DNA of 64,000 nucleotides from Octopus bimaculoides (lineage: Eukaryota), in the NCBI RefSeq assembly GCF_001194135.2, contig NC_068981.1, forward strand, positions 92,559,036 through 92,623,035. The letters are read 5' to 3'. Shown here piece by piece: positions 1 to 13,879 of the stretch. How positions within the stretch are numbered: the first letter of the stretch is position 1; every line of letters starts with the position of its first letter. Below the pieces are notes generated by a model that made no database searches, was not told where the DNA came from, and worked only from the letters and a program-made list of their open reading frames with translations. The translations under genes were made by a program, and so were the position numbers.

Positions 1-1410
1 TTACATTAAATGCAAATGTTGGCAAAAACGATCATATAGGAATGGAAGGTTGAAATATATAACAGTGATTATATCACTGCATTAGGGCATTCGATATATT
101 CTGTGTTCATACATAATATAAGTAGAAACATATCTATCTATCTATCAATATATAGATATATGTGTATGTGTGTTGGAGTGAATGAAGGAGAGGGTGTGAT
201 TAATTTTTATATGCATATATGTATGTGTATATGTGTATCTGTGTGTGAGTGTGTATGTTTGTGTGCATGTAAGTGTGTGTGCGTGGTTGAACCTAACGGT
301 ACGCATACACATGTGTATTGATATATTCTGTCAGATATTTTCAAATCAGAATAATGTAATTATTAACATCCTCTATGCTTATGTATAATATGTTCGCCAG
401 ATACCACATAAATATCTCTATTAGCTAAAATATACGCATGAAGATTTTAAGAAATATAAAAAATATGACAAAACTTCACGAAGTAAATGTAGTTTCAATG
501 TATAAATACAGTAATATGCACTTACTTTTACATATACACACATCTCTCTCTCTCTCTCTCTCTCTNNNNNNNNNNNNNNNNNNNNNNNNNNNNNNNNNNN
601 NNNNNNNNNNNNNNNNNNNNNNNNNNNNNNNNNNNNNNNNNNNNNNNNNNNNNNNNNNNNNNNNNNNNNNNNNNNNNNNNNNNNNNNNNNNNNNNNNNNN
701 NNNNNNNNNNNNNNNNNNNNNNNNNNNNNNNNNNNNNNNNNNNNNNNNNNTATATATATATATATATATATATGAAGAAAAGCAACAAAAATTCAATAGG
801 TTATAGCAGTACGTACGTTTCGTACAAACTTCATTTATTCATGTAGTGAGAACACTACATAAAATGTGTAATGAAAATGTACGCCTCAGCTGCATAATGG
901 AATTTCATTTTAGAAAGTCATTTTGTAGATGTGTGCCAAAAACAAGAGTAAGCGAAGAAAAAATACCATCTTGACTGGGCTGTTGTTCAACATTCTATCT
1001 ATATAACTCCTGTAGGCTGAAGTAATTGACATATGAAATGGATGAAATAGAGGTACATGTATGATTCTCTAGATCTCGACGACTCGACTCTACCGAACTC
1101 GACGTCTAGTCTACCGATGGCTCCGTCTTGCTCTTCCGCCCATCCACTCTACTCGACGCTTTTCGTCTAGCTATTTATACGTATTGGACTAGCATATTTA
1201 TCGCCTAGTTATATCTGGGTATGTATGTAGACAAAAACACACAGACACACACATACATATGTGCATATATAAAGATATGCACGTGTGGATGCGTGTTATG
1301 TATATAGCTACATATATGACATACATATATACTCATGTATACTTTATATATATATACATATACGGTTATGTATATCCATACTTGTATCATATACTACACT
1401 TCCATTGCAG

Positions 1411-1441
1411 TCATGACGCAGAGGGAAAGAGAGCTCAGAGG
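1411..1441 (+). CDS. Candidate 31-nt exon with ATG (MTQRERELR-G)
   Basis: Acceptor TTCCATTGCAG ends at 1410 and donor GG|GTGAGT starts at 1442. The internal ATG frame is open to the donor. No homology recognised and no secure partner exon. Confidence 0.2.
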
Positions 1442-2211
1442 GTGAGTAAGATTATGCGTTGGAAATAAATTCATGATCTACGTTACAACTGTACACATTT
1501 CTATGAAAATTTCGCTGTTATTAATCTCAATCTTTCATCAGTCTTTCAACCCTCTACCTATTAACTACGAAAATACATTCTACCGAGCTGTTTAATTGAA
1601 CACTTTATTTTGCCAAGCTGTGTTTTAGAATTATTTCATACCAAATTTTCATATACGAATCATACAATATCAAGTTATCAGCACATCTGCAATTTATGAG
1701 TTTACCGATACTTTTATAACATCAGGCTGTCTAGACCATGAATACAGCAATTTCTTGTGAATCAGCTTAGGTTTACATTTACAGTTACTCACGCAACATA
1801 AAAATTAGACAGCAAATCCCCATATAACACAGGAGACATAATACATGTAAAACACTAACAAAGGAAAAATCCAAATTAACACTAGCAAGAATTATGTAAG
1901 CTTCTCCATGCCACTTTAACTGTTTGTCTCACCAGACAATTCTGTTTCATATCAGAATATAGCTGAATTGGTCGTCCTGGAGATATTATGACACAACACT
2001 GGAAACATAATTTTACTTCTAGAAAGCATTTTACTCAAAATTTTGTTTGATTAAAAATGACCTGAAGGACTACAAAATATTGCAATATAGTATGCAATTA
2101 TTGATATTTTACAGCAATTCACGGTAGTGGTATAAAAAAACTAAATAATGATATAATCAGATTGTTAATCTTGACCATTTTTTTCAAATTATATATTTAA
2201 TATTCCATTTA

Positions 2212-2345
2212 CAATTCCGCATAAGTCGACTTTGTCTATCATCCTTTCAGTGTCGATAAAGTAAGTACCAGTTGAATACTGGAGCTCAATGTAATCGACT
2301 TGTCCCCTTACTCGAAATTTCTTGTCTTGAACCAAAATTTGAAAC
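2212..2345 (+). mobile_element. tRNA-derived SINE family A, 5'-truncated
   Basis: Carries the core GTCGACTTTG..CATCCTTTC..GTCGATAAA..AAGTACCAG..ACTGG..GTAATCGAC, which recurs in diverged form at 21.3 kb, 21.6 kb and 31.0 kb. Confidence 0.8.
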
Positions 2346-2362
2346 TAATATTGCATTTACAA

Positions 2363-2465
2363 TAAGGTGGTAAGCTGTCAAAATGGTTAGCACGCCAGTT
2401 GTTTAGCGACCTTTCGTTTATCGTTTCGGTTTGAGTGCAAAGTCCGTCGAGGTCGACTTTGCATT
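2363..2465 (+). mobile_element. SINE family A head, truncated by an opposite-strand SINE
   Basis: GGTGGTAAGCTGTCAAAATGGTTAGCACGCC...GAGGTCGACTTTGC matches the heads at 21267 and 31020. Confidence 0.7.
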
Positions 2466-2935
<470 letters not shown>

Positions 2936-3036
2936 CCGAGAAGTTTTGGTGCACAACTCTGGAGAATTTGAGAAGGGAATGAATTACACAAGTCATCCTT
3001 TTCAACCTGGGAAAATGATCTGTTTTTTGTGATCAT

Positions 3037-3252
3037 ATGTATGTGTTGTCGATTATCTCAATCCCTCCATCACATGAACATGGTCTGAAGAGGGTCCCAA
3101 GTGTGCCACACGTGAGATGCCGAAATGATCGGAAAGCAACGTCTGAAATGTAGGTTTTATTGCTGTAGAACATAACGTGCCGTCCGGTTCGGGAATCGAA
3201 CCCACGATCTAGCAATCGTGAATGCAATGCCTTATCTACTAAGACCCGCACC
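3037..3252 (-). mobile_element. tRNA-derived SINE family C
   Basis: Perfect B-box GGTTCGATTCC (rc within 3191-3203) with an A-box-like head. It continues into SINE body rather than a tRNA acceptor stem. Confidence 0.75.
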
Positions 3253-3285
3253 TACATAAACACACATAGACACACGCACAATATA

Positions 3286-3534
3286 TTGGGTTGGTGCATA
3301 ATTATTGCGGCTTATTTCAACAAATTTTATTCAACAAAAGCAATACCAATATTTAACAAAAACATCTTTAAATGACGGTCTGACCGTCTGCCAACCAAAT
3401 GGGAAGCATTAATTGAAGTAGATAGTGATTATGCTCCGGAATAATCATTTAAAATGTTTTTGTTACATATTGTTATTGTTTCTGTTGTATAAAATTTGTT
3501 GAAAACAAGCCGCAATAATTATGCACCAACCCAA
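3286..3534 (+). mobile_element. Mariner-derived MITE (249 bp) with TA target duplication
   Basis: Perfect 28-bp TIRs TTGGGTTGGTGCATAATTATTGCGGCTT / AAGCCGCAATAATTATGCACCAACCCAA, with TA at 3284-85 and 3535-36. The TIR resembles Hsmar1/MADE1 TTAGGTTGGTGCAAAAGTAATTGCGG. The interior retains a frameshifted mariner C-terminus (..RLPTKWEALIEVDSDYAPE*). Confidence 0.92.
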
Positions 3535-4428
3535 TATATTCACCTTAACAATGTTAACATTTTGTAACTTCTTCCCTTCCAATTTTCGTGTTCCACCTCC
3601 AGACTTCTAGGGGATTTGTATTATATTCCAAATTATTTTCTATTTGGCTCCATTTTATTTATTTATTCTTAGTCCATTACAACACTAACTACTAGATTTA
3701 ATGAACACTTAGCATATATTCCTTCCCTATGTCTGTCCGCCACTCTATTTCGTACTTTTAACTTATATCTCTTCTTAGCGAAATTACTACTATCAGAAAG
3801 TTTCGTTTTGTCGAAATCAGTTTTGAGATATACGTATCGCTTAAACTTAAACCCAAACAATAAGAACTGCTGGTAAATAATATTCTAATTCAGTATCAAC
3901 TATCATGTACTTTCTTTAATACACGTTTAGAACAGTACTGAAGTAGAAGAACTTAGTAAATGAGCGATATCATATAGAAGAATATCTATATTTACACACA
4001 TTTATGCGCATGCATAGACGTACACACATAAGCAGACATATAGAGACATATATATGTGTGAGTATATGTGTGTGAGTGTGTGTATGTATGTGTGTGATGT
4101 GTGTGTGTGCGCGCGCGTGTGTGTGTGTGTGTGGGTGTGTGTGTGTGTGTTTTTGTGTAACCGTATATGCATATGTATATTCGTAAATAGTTCAATAGAT
4201 TGTTTTAGCACAATGATACGAGTGTACAAGCTGGCAACCATCTATAATCATCAAGTGAGATATCTAAATATTCGACTATAAAGTGTCCCAAAAAGAAATG
4301 ATGCGGAAAATATGTTAAAAAAATTATTCAGCTTTTGTAAATTGTAGTATGACAAAACAATAGTTTGAAATATATAATTTATTCTCATGAGTTAACGGTA
4401 AGGGGCTATCGTTATATTTATATATATA

Positions 4429-4714
4429 GTGCAGGCACGTAGCTTAGTGGTTAGGACATTCGTTTTACGATCGTATGGTCACGAGTTCGATCTCTTCCGG
4501 CGAAGATTGTGTCTTTTGACCAAGACATTTTAATTCACGTTGCATCTGTTCATGCAACTGGGAAAAATAAGTTGTACGTGTCTTTCAAAGAACCATGCAT
4601 ATCACATTCTCCTTGAGAACTACTTTTGCGGAGTGAACCAGCACTTGTGCTCGTTAATATCATGAGCAAGTTGTTCTAATGAACACTCATCGTCGCAACC
4701 GACGGAGTGCAAGG
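4429..4714 (+). mobile_element. tRNA-derived SINE family C
   Basis: A-box TAGCTTAGTGG (4440-4450) and B-box-like GAGTTCGATCTC (4483-4494), then a CORE-like TTGTGTCTTTTGACCAAGACA segment. Ends in (TA)n. Confidence 0.8.
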
Positions 4715-4715
4715 T

Positions 4716-4756
<41 letters not shown>

Positions 4757-4759
<3 letters not shown>

Positions 4760-4925
4760 GAGGTCTGATGAAAAAGCATTGAGAGTGTCGTTATGGTATC
4801 GGGCTAAAATACACAAACTGAAGTCGCTTGACACGCTCAGTTCCTGGAGTGAGACTGTGGAGACTCTAACAATGACTATGACAGAGAAAATTGAATCGGG
4901 AATCTGCAGTTTTGTAGGAGTCTCC
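4757..4925 (+). mobile_element. Mariner 5' end fragment
   Basis: TA|CACGAGGTCTGATGAAAAAG TIR-like start, followed by ATGACAGAGAAAATTGAATCGGGAATCTGC, similar to the mariner N-terminus MxEKIEQRICIKFC. Confidence 0.55.
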
Positions 4926-4949
4926 AGCAGCCATCTAGAAGTACATGGT

Positions 4950-6230
4950 CAATCGCGCGTCCCACACGTGTAGTTCTAGAATATCAAGTATAGTGTCGCA
5001 GCCCAGCATGTTGTCATCAGGAGCAGGCGATGCGCAACCAATGGCATTCCGCAAAGTCTAGGAGCAACATACCGCTTTCGTTCCAAGCACCGAATCCAAA
5101 AGGCTCTCAGTACTGGTGACCAGCCAGACATTCAACTGTAACCTGCCGTCAGATGATGAAGTTGGTACGGCGGCAAATCAGCCGAAGGGCAAGAAGGCAA
5201 CTAGGGTTTCTTACATCTATGAGATGCTGATGAATAATAGTGAGCCTGCTGCAGTTTTTTTTTTCTTTTTTGCGACAGATCATCTGCTCTATTTGGATCA
5301 GAGGCATCATACCGGCTGGTTGGAAGAGGGGCAGAATTGTCTCACTTCGAAAAGGTAAAGGTGACCACCACTATTCCAACAATTACATTGTTAAACTCAT
5401 CCCGTTATGGTGTTTGCCAGGGTCATCTTCGATCTCAGCAACCAGAGCAGTCGACGTCTTATAGGATCTTGGCTTTTAAACTAGAATTGCAAACTTAGAT
5501 TTTGCTGATGTAACAGATATTCTTGATGAGTCTCTTGGTGCCTTATGGAGTCTTCCCATTTCTCTGAGTGAGGAAGCTGAACCACTTGCCCTTAGAGTGC
5601 CTTGGGTCAAAACAAAAATCTAGTCTTTCGTTGGCCTCTTGGTCGACTCCAACTTGTCTGTCTCTGTTGCGGGAGTGGTGGAAAGTCGAAGTTGGTCATG
5701 CGATTCATAGCAGCATCAGCTGCGATTCTAAAGGTCTAAAATGATTGCGACGAGCGCTGCAGATGAATGTGCAAGACGATAATGGCTGGAGTTTTTAGGC
5801 CTATGCTTATTACTGTCCTGTTCTATATTTGTGAGACTTGGACAATGCCCGGGGACTTTAGGAGCCTCCTAAACATATGTAGTACCACGATGCTACACAG
5901 GATTATGGGTTACCATTGGTCGTATTTCAGATCTAACCAACTGTTCTCAGTAACTAAGATGCCTCCTACTAACTGTATGATTCGGAAGCGCCAGCTCAAA
6001 CTAGCCATGTAGCTCGATTTTCTGAACTAGACCCTGCTTACCATGTTCTCTTCACTGAGGATCCGGCTTAGTTGATAATTCCAGTTAGCCTACATCCTAC
6101 CGCATGGCCCCAGCAGATAGGGAAATACTTTGCGGTGGTTGACTCTGACTGGTAGTCTGTTCAACGGGTCGCCCGGGAGAGCCCAGATATATACAGCTAA
6201 TGACCCCGCACCGGCAACAGCTCATGAACA
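4950..6230 (+). mobile_element. RTE-clade LINE, decayed RT and C-terminal region
   Basis: Frameshifted peptides IIPAGWKRGRIVSLRKGKGDHHYSNNY (RT start), LDFAD..LSEEAEPLALRVPWVKTK, and VLFYICETWT..LHRIMGYHW..SNQ..IRKRQLKL, all typical of RTE ORF2. Confidence 0.88.
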
Positions 6231-6284
6231 CACACTTAAGTTTAACTGAATAAACATGAGTATTTTTCGGCATCAGAAGAAATA

Positions 6285-6339
<55 letters not shown>

Positions 6340-6789
6340 TGTGTGTATGTGTGTGTATGTGTATGTGTGTGTGCGTGTGTGTGTGTGTGTGTGTGCGTAT
6401 GTGCGTGTGCGCGCATATACATATATATTTGGGGTGGTGCAAGTGTGCCTCTGTATTTGAGCTCAAATTAACTTTGTAAGTACATGCAGAGTAGACTTCG
6501 AGAACAAAGTGTCATTATTACGATAATGATTTAAATGTTTCTTTGTTTTACGGAATTTTTTTATAGTTTCTAGGTTGAATGGGAAGGAAAAAATGTATAT
6601 ATTATGAAAAAAGTAAATGCAAATCATGTTAGCTAAAGAAAGCGAAATGTACGAAGAATGTAGCTTCTAAAATAGACATTAGTATAGAGATACAATTCTA
6701 TTTTGAAAGTCTTTCCAAAAATGGTGCTGGTATGTTAGAATTAATGCGTTTAAACTTACATGAACTTAAGTTTGTATTGATGTGTACAT

Positions 6790-6851
<62 letters not shown>

Positions 6852-8862
6852 CGTGCGTGTGTGTGTGTGCGCGCGTGTGTGTATGTGTGTGTATACGTAC
6901 AAATAAACATATACATACACAAACACAGATATAAGCGTAACCTTATATTTAACAGTACCTGTTTATAAAATTATATATATGAAAGTGTGCATGCATTCGT
7001 GCATATATGCGTGTATGTATTAATATGTATATGTATGTATATATGTGTATATATATATANNNNNNNNNNNNNNNNNNNNNNNNNNNNNNNNNNNNNNNNN
7101 NNNNNNNNNNNNNNNNNNNNNNNNNNNNNNNNNNNNNNNNNNNNNNNNNNNNNNNNNNNNNNNNNNNNNNNNNNNNNNNNNNNNNNNNNNNNNNNNNNNN
7201 NNNNNNNNNNNNNNNNNNNNNNNNNNNNNNNNNNNNNNNNNNNNNNNNNNNNNNNNNNNNNNNNNNNNNNNNNNNNNNNNNNNNNNNNNNNNNNNNNNNN
7301 NNNNNNNNNNNNNNNNNNNNNNNNNNNNNNNNNNNNNNNNNNNNNNNNNNNNNNNNNNNNNNNNNNNNNNNNNNNNNNNNNNNNNNNNNNNNNNNNNNNN
7401 NNNNNNNNNNNNNNNNNNNNNNNNNNNNNNNNNNNNNNNNNNNNNNNNNNNNNNNNNNNNNNNNNNNNNNNNNNNNNNNNNNNNNNNNNNNNNNNNNNNN
7501 NNNNNNNNNNNNNNNNNNNNNNNNNNNNNNNNNNNNNNNNNNNNNNNNNNNNNNNNNNNNNNNNNNNNNNNNNNNNNNNNNNNNNNNNNNNNNNNNNNNN
7601 NNNNNNNNNNNNNNTATATATATATATATCTTCATATGCGAATATAAATACACATGCGTACTCTAAATTATATGCTTATTAAGGTCATCAAGCTGGCGAA
7701 AAGGAAAATTAATTTCTTACGGCTGAATAAATAACGCATTTTAAAGAAATAAATACATATTTGTTATTCCGTCTAACAACGAAAATGATAATGAATTTAA
7801 AGCTATTTATGTTTTAGATTTAATACTTTTGTCAGAAAAATATTTAACTTATAGCAAACGATGGCGTATTTATTCGTTAACAAATATTTTAAATGATGCT
7901 ACTTGTTGTCAGTCTCTTGCTATTTGAACAGTATATGAGTAGAATTTGACCGTAATCAAGTAAATATTTGCAAGAATGGAGTAGATTTTAACCGAACACG
8001 AACGCGTGATGCACCGGACATATTTTCCTGATGTTCACGCGATACATATGAGACATATTTGCATTTTGTTTGATATATCACAGTATATGAAAGGGAAAAT
8101 TTCATAACACAGAACTCGTGAAATAGGGGCTAACTAAAATTATGTAAAAAAAACCGTGGAGATTTAGGACAAACTTATGAATATTCGTTAGAAACAGAAG
8201 CGGATACAGCCTAAATTTCTGAAAGAAATGAATCATCAGTTGCTATCAGTAAGTCGAAACGCATAGTAAATCTAAAATGCAATTTTCATTACAATACGTA
8301 TTATTACTTTCATTGTTAATATTATAATCTTCCTATTATGCGCGACCAAAATTGCATTGTAAATATTCATTTATTGCCATTCAGTAGATACCTTCTCCAA
8401 TTCTCACAACCAAGCATCAAATGCAGGACTGCATAGAACAATTTCAAATGCCATTCTTTTTCTATTAAATCCGTTTTAAGTAATAACTCCATTTTCTTAC
8501 TTTTATTGTCATTTTTTTTCCATACCAGATATTCATACAATTTTCTTCACTTTTTCATGAAATTATTCTAATATTTCCATTAAGTACTGTTTTTCTGCAA
8601 GGTCTATTTTCAATAATAAAAGCTTCTTTCTAAGAGTCTTTATTATTTAAAAGTAGAACAGCTATGCACATAATTACACACAATCATATTTATTCATGCA
8701 CTGACGCGCACACACATACATAAACACACACACACACACAAACACGTACACACGCACATACACACACAAATATATATATATATATATATATATAGATAGA
8801 TAGATAGATAGATAGAGGGAGAGAGAGAGGGAGAGATAGATAGATGGATAACACGCACACAC

Positions 8863-8905
<43 letters not shown>

Positions 8906-9306
8906 TATATATATACATATTCATATTCCTACAAGCTTACATTCTCACACAGACACGCACACATATATATGTGTGTGGATTAATGAATGGATGGATGGAT
9001 GGATGGATTAATGAACAGATGGAGAAGAGAAATAGGAAGCGCTGTAAAAATAAAAGCAGGGAAATCTATTTAACAACGTATCAGTGCAGTAGTTGTGAAT
9101 TTCACTTCCGGCAGAATAAGTCCATTTAGGAATCAATCTGTAGAATTTCAATACCCAAATTACAAATAAACTATATAAGACCAGCCTGCTTTGTGAACCT
9201 CGACCCTGAGAGTTAATAGAAATAACTTAAGGTTACTGCTTCTGATATATCTGCGTTCGTGAAATGGTTTTGCTGTTGCAACATTACATCTATTGTTCTA
9301 TTTCAG

Positions 9307-9439
9307 GAAACCCTGATAGTTCGGGTCGTAAACAATGATGTCTACAAGGATCCAATGCAATTCATTCCTGAATTTAAATGTAAGATTCCATTCAGAGAGA
9401 ATACCGTTCTTTGATAGACAAAATATCGATTGCACCAAG
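9307..9439 (+). other. Candidate exon (non-coding or short ORF)
   Basis: Acceptor TGTTCTATTTCAG| and donor AAG|GTAAGG. An internal ATG frame (MMSTRIQ..DCTK) is open to the donor. Confidence 0.2.
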
Positions 9440-10120
9440 GTAAGGCGGTGCAACTAACTACATGTAAGTTCACGCTTTAAATAACCTACATTGAACTTAC
9501 TTTTCACTCACACACTAATTGTGAAAGTAGTATCATTTCCATAATTCAGTAATAATTTTAAAAGAAAATTGGAAAAATTATAGTATTATATGAGTAGTAG
9601 AAATTATATAATATTTTGTATATTATGTTCTTCCCATTAGAATGATAACATATACTAGATAGGCTCAATCTTGTTTGATTTGTGACACTTGTAAACTCGT
9701 ACCTCTACTACCATGGCACTTCGTTACTATGTTATCCTCTCCAAATTCCCTACCAGCAATTTGTATCAGTAATGTAAAGAAAGGGCAAATAGTACTATGT
9801 AAAAGTACTCCTACTTAGTTTCTATATTTGCGAAAAATTGATATTTTATTACAAACAAATTATCATGTAACATAGCTAAAACAGAAAAAGAATATCACTG
9901 ACACTTTTAATAGAGAATCAATGCTTTTTGTTAGTGAATGCTAGAGACGCACATGCGCCCTTATGTTATCTTCCAAGTTACCCCAAGGTGATTTTGTCTT
10001 ATTTCTCATTTTACGCCAGTTTCTTTGTTAGATATATGTACATGATTGATAGAGTTCCAGAAGATACGAGAGACAGTTATTATTATTTTTTAACATTTTA
10101 ATTGTTTGCTTATGTTGCAG

Positions 10121-10298
10121 ATACACGAGTGCTTTTATCTTGGCTTTCGAAATTTTTCACTTCCATGGTTTCAGTGAATATATTTATATTTGGTCCCACC
10201 TTATGGAGTTGAAATCTGAAAAACACTGTACCTTGTTGAAGTTTGAATGCCATCTTCTGGAAAGTAACATTCATTCAAAGTTTACACATTCTCCATAG
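10121..10298 (+). other. Candidate non-coding exon
   Basis: Acceptor TTGCTTATGTTGCAG| and donor TAG|GTAGGT. Stops occur in all three frames. Confidence 0.18.
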
Positions 10299-12098
10299 GT
10301 AGGTTTTGCAAGTTTATAATTATATATTATATACTCACATCTTGAATTTAATCTAGCTTTGCGCGCTATGTTGTATAATTCAGAAGGTTTTCATTCATTT
10401 TCACTCACGAAAATAATTATGATTGGGTTGGCTCAGTTGATATTCATGGGATTGAAAATTTACTCCATTAACTCCAGCCAATCAGCGTCAAATTAACGTG
10501 GAAGGAAAATAATTTACTATCAGCAATCACAAGTACGCACAGTATTGTAATGGCACACAACTTCTATTACTTACTTTTTATGGTATCAACTATGTGAAAA
10601 CACCACCAAGAACGGTTTGTAATTTAAAGTTTATTACCTCGATCATAAAAATTTGTAGTCTTGAGACAAAGTTTAACTATCTCTAGTTTCATGCTTTTAG
10701 GATTCTGTATTTATATTTAGATCAGTACAACTTCAAATACCAACACATATACACAGCGTGTATAATTCTAGACTATCAATTTATTTAATTTTTCCTAAGG
10801 AACAAGAATTGGTTGGATATTCTAATATCCTACGGATATTAAGATCATATTAAGTAAAACATTATATTTCTGGACGTCGTTTCATTAAATTGGACAGTAT
10901 GCGATAATGTTTTCTATCATTCACAACTATTATCTCAACAACTATAGGCATCTCAACAATATTATTACATGATATACAACTGAGTGTGCTATTTTTCTAA
11001 TTTCGTTGGCCTCCTCATTTCAAAATTCTCTTTACGAGTATCTCTTTACAAACAAGCATGTTCAACAATTGTTGTGTTACGAGCTCCCATTCCCTTAAAT
11101 TTTTTTTCTGAAAACAACCTGCTACATCTACTTCTAAACTTTCACCTTGTACGTTAGATTGATTTGGATTTATAGTAAAATTAATTTGGATTTATAGTCC
11201 GTGAAGAGCTTCTTGAAGTAATCACAATATTTACCGGGTACATGATAGCGTTTACAATATCTGGGAAATTTGCTTCACCTTATATTTTTAATTGATTCTT
11301 TCATGCCAACGAGTTATACATGTCGCAAGTCTTCTTCTTGGTTACACCAAGTAAAAATAAAAGAGATATAAATTTCAAAATTCTGCCTGTATTTCAACAT
11401 TTGCATGTTACATTTTAGCTACATTGAGATAGAATGTTTTTTTTTTTAACTTGATTGAATACTGATTTTATTGCAACATTTTCACACTCCATTAAGTAAC
11501 AATCCAATTTTGGTTACAAATATATACATTATAAACGAAATTTAATCTGAAACAACGAGCAGAATGTTTGTTTATTCACTAACTTGTTTCAAAATACCAA
11601 TTGATTTGGAAAAAAAAAATGAAATGATTTGCAAAATCTTGTTCACATCTAAAGCGGATTATTTTGATACTTGATTAAATGAGTACTTTTTCAACTTCAT
11701 TTGTTTTACTTACCATGAACTGCATGTTTTGCGAATGAAAAGGAGTTAAGTCGCTGACGTTAGTATTCTTTTTTAAATTTCAGGATTCTATGAAGTGAAT
11801 TTCTGCCATTTACTCTGAAAGGAAAATAGAACTCATGTGTCATTGGTTCCTAGTGTATGAGTATACGTCTATTTACATTGCATTTGTTCTGAGTTAAATG
11901 CATCTGTTTTCCACAATAAGCTTTCAACATTTGCTTAAGATTTAAAATTAGAAAATCTCAGCTCTCAATAACTAATCTTACGCTAGTTTGAGTTAATTTT
12001 GATATAAGATATTCCTTTATCTCGAAATAGAAAAATACTGCTAAGCACTAAAGATTTATTGAATTCAGATATACAGTGCAATGTGACTATATACTTAC

Positions 12099-12162
12099 CA
12101 AAGTAGAATTAACAGAAAAATGAAATATTCTTCAATAGTAAAATTTCTTTTCATAAATGCCA
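12099..12162 (-). CDS. Candidate exon with signal-peptide-like start MKRNFTIEEYFIFLLILL
   Basis: Acceptor TACTTTATCACAG| and strong donor TTG|GTAAGT. ATG at 12154. A hydrophobic stretch like this can arise by chance in T-rich DNA. Confidence 0.18.
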
Positions 12163-13879
12163 CTGTGATAAAGTATAGATGCAAACATTATAATGGTAAA
12201 AAGAAGTTCGCATAAAATTCGCGTAAAATCTCACTGCTTGAAAATTCATATGTTGTCTTACATAGTCTTGGGTTGGATAATTGTTTCGGAGTGAAATTGC
12301 GTTGAGAAAAGCAAGTATGTATAATTATATCTTTGTGTAACCTATGTATTTAGTCCATAAATAGGAAATTATTGTGACAAACGTATTCACGAATTACCTA
12401 AACTCAATAATATAAGTTCAAGTTTAAGCATTCGGATAGATATGATGGTTGGGAAATTTTGAAGATTGTACCCATCGTGGATTACAGTCCAATAACAATT
12501 CATAAGTTGATCAATAAAAGTGTCTTCGTTGACTAAATGTGTATAGTAAAGAATCGATGGAAAACAGTGTTTGATCACGAATATTTCTTTTGTTATTGCA
12601 GTTAATTATCTTTATAATGTTGGTTCCGTTCATACTAATCTGGGTTGCAAGTCAGTTTAATAAATGTCTATACATTTGTATTAACATTGAATATATGTAG
12701 ACAACTTCGAGATACATAGTAGATTTTTATTTAAAACGTTCGTCTAAATAAATTCAATCATTACGACGTTATACATTCAATGCAATTCCAGAGATGTATA
12801 GCGTTACGCAAGAGCGAAGTATTCTAGGTAACCATCCATACAGCAAATTACCAGAATGTCCATTTAAATAGTCATCTAGAATCGGTAATAATATTCCAGT
12901 CTCTCATCTGCCAGGAAGTAAAGTGCTTATTCAAACTATAAAACTTTTGCAGGCATTACAAAATATATGAAGTGTGAAATAATCTGTCCCAAATATTTGC
13001 AACCTTAACAATGTCATGTAGTTCTGTACCAACAAAAACAGACGAAACAGTGACAAAGGTTATTATATAGATTGAAAAGATATGCTAGGTCCTACTTTCT
13101 CCCCTAAGTGAATTTTTGTTTAAAACCATGTATATATTCAATTAGGGATTCAAATAAAACGGCTATTTTTCGTAAGATATATTTTCGTTTTGGTAATATA
13201 TAGCAATGGGCAAAGTCAACAGATATTAAGTTACAATCTGTATGAATGTGTGCACAGACGGATATTGAATATACACTAATATGTAATAAAGATCGACAAA
13301 AGGTGAAGCGGCATACTTTAACTGACAAACGATTTGAAATAGGTTGTCGTTCTGCATTTCAATCATCTGCGTACAATACGCAGAGAAACGAACCCCTCAA
13401 GATACCGACCTGTAACGCATTACTCGTGGTCGTATTCTTCAAATGCTAAATATACAGTTAGTGTGAAATGGATTTCTTTTATGATTCTGATCTCGATTCA
13501 CACGAATCACATATACATAAAAAAACACTTTCCTAAGAAATGTTACAAAACGTGAACTTCATACTTTATATAAACAATAAATTTAGTTTTCAGTAGTCTT
13601 TGTATATGTTGTGGCTGCAGTTGCCTACTTTCTAGCCTTAAAGGGAAGTTTACCTCCATCAATTTCACAAGTCTCGTGTCAGGAATGTTAATTTGACCAT
13701 CACTTTTCTCCATTATAATCTAATGCTATTACGCAGATTTACGGAAGTAGTCAGCTCAGTAACATCTCGTTGCAGATACATAGGGGGCAGTAGGTATTAT
13801 TCTCGATATATTATATGAATTTCTTTTTATGTCTTTCTATATTTAATGCAACCTGCTTCATCATTTATATTTTTATCTT

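Noticed and set aside
3175-3252. tRNA-like sequence with a perfect B-box (also 4429-4500)
   Set aside because: No complete cloverleaf or acceptor stem, and it continues into SINE body, so it is a SINE head, not a tRNA gene.
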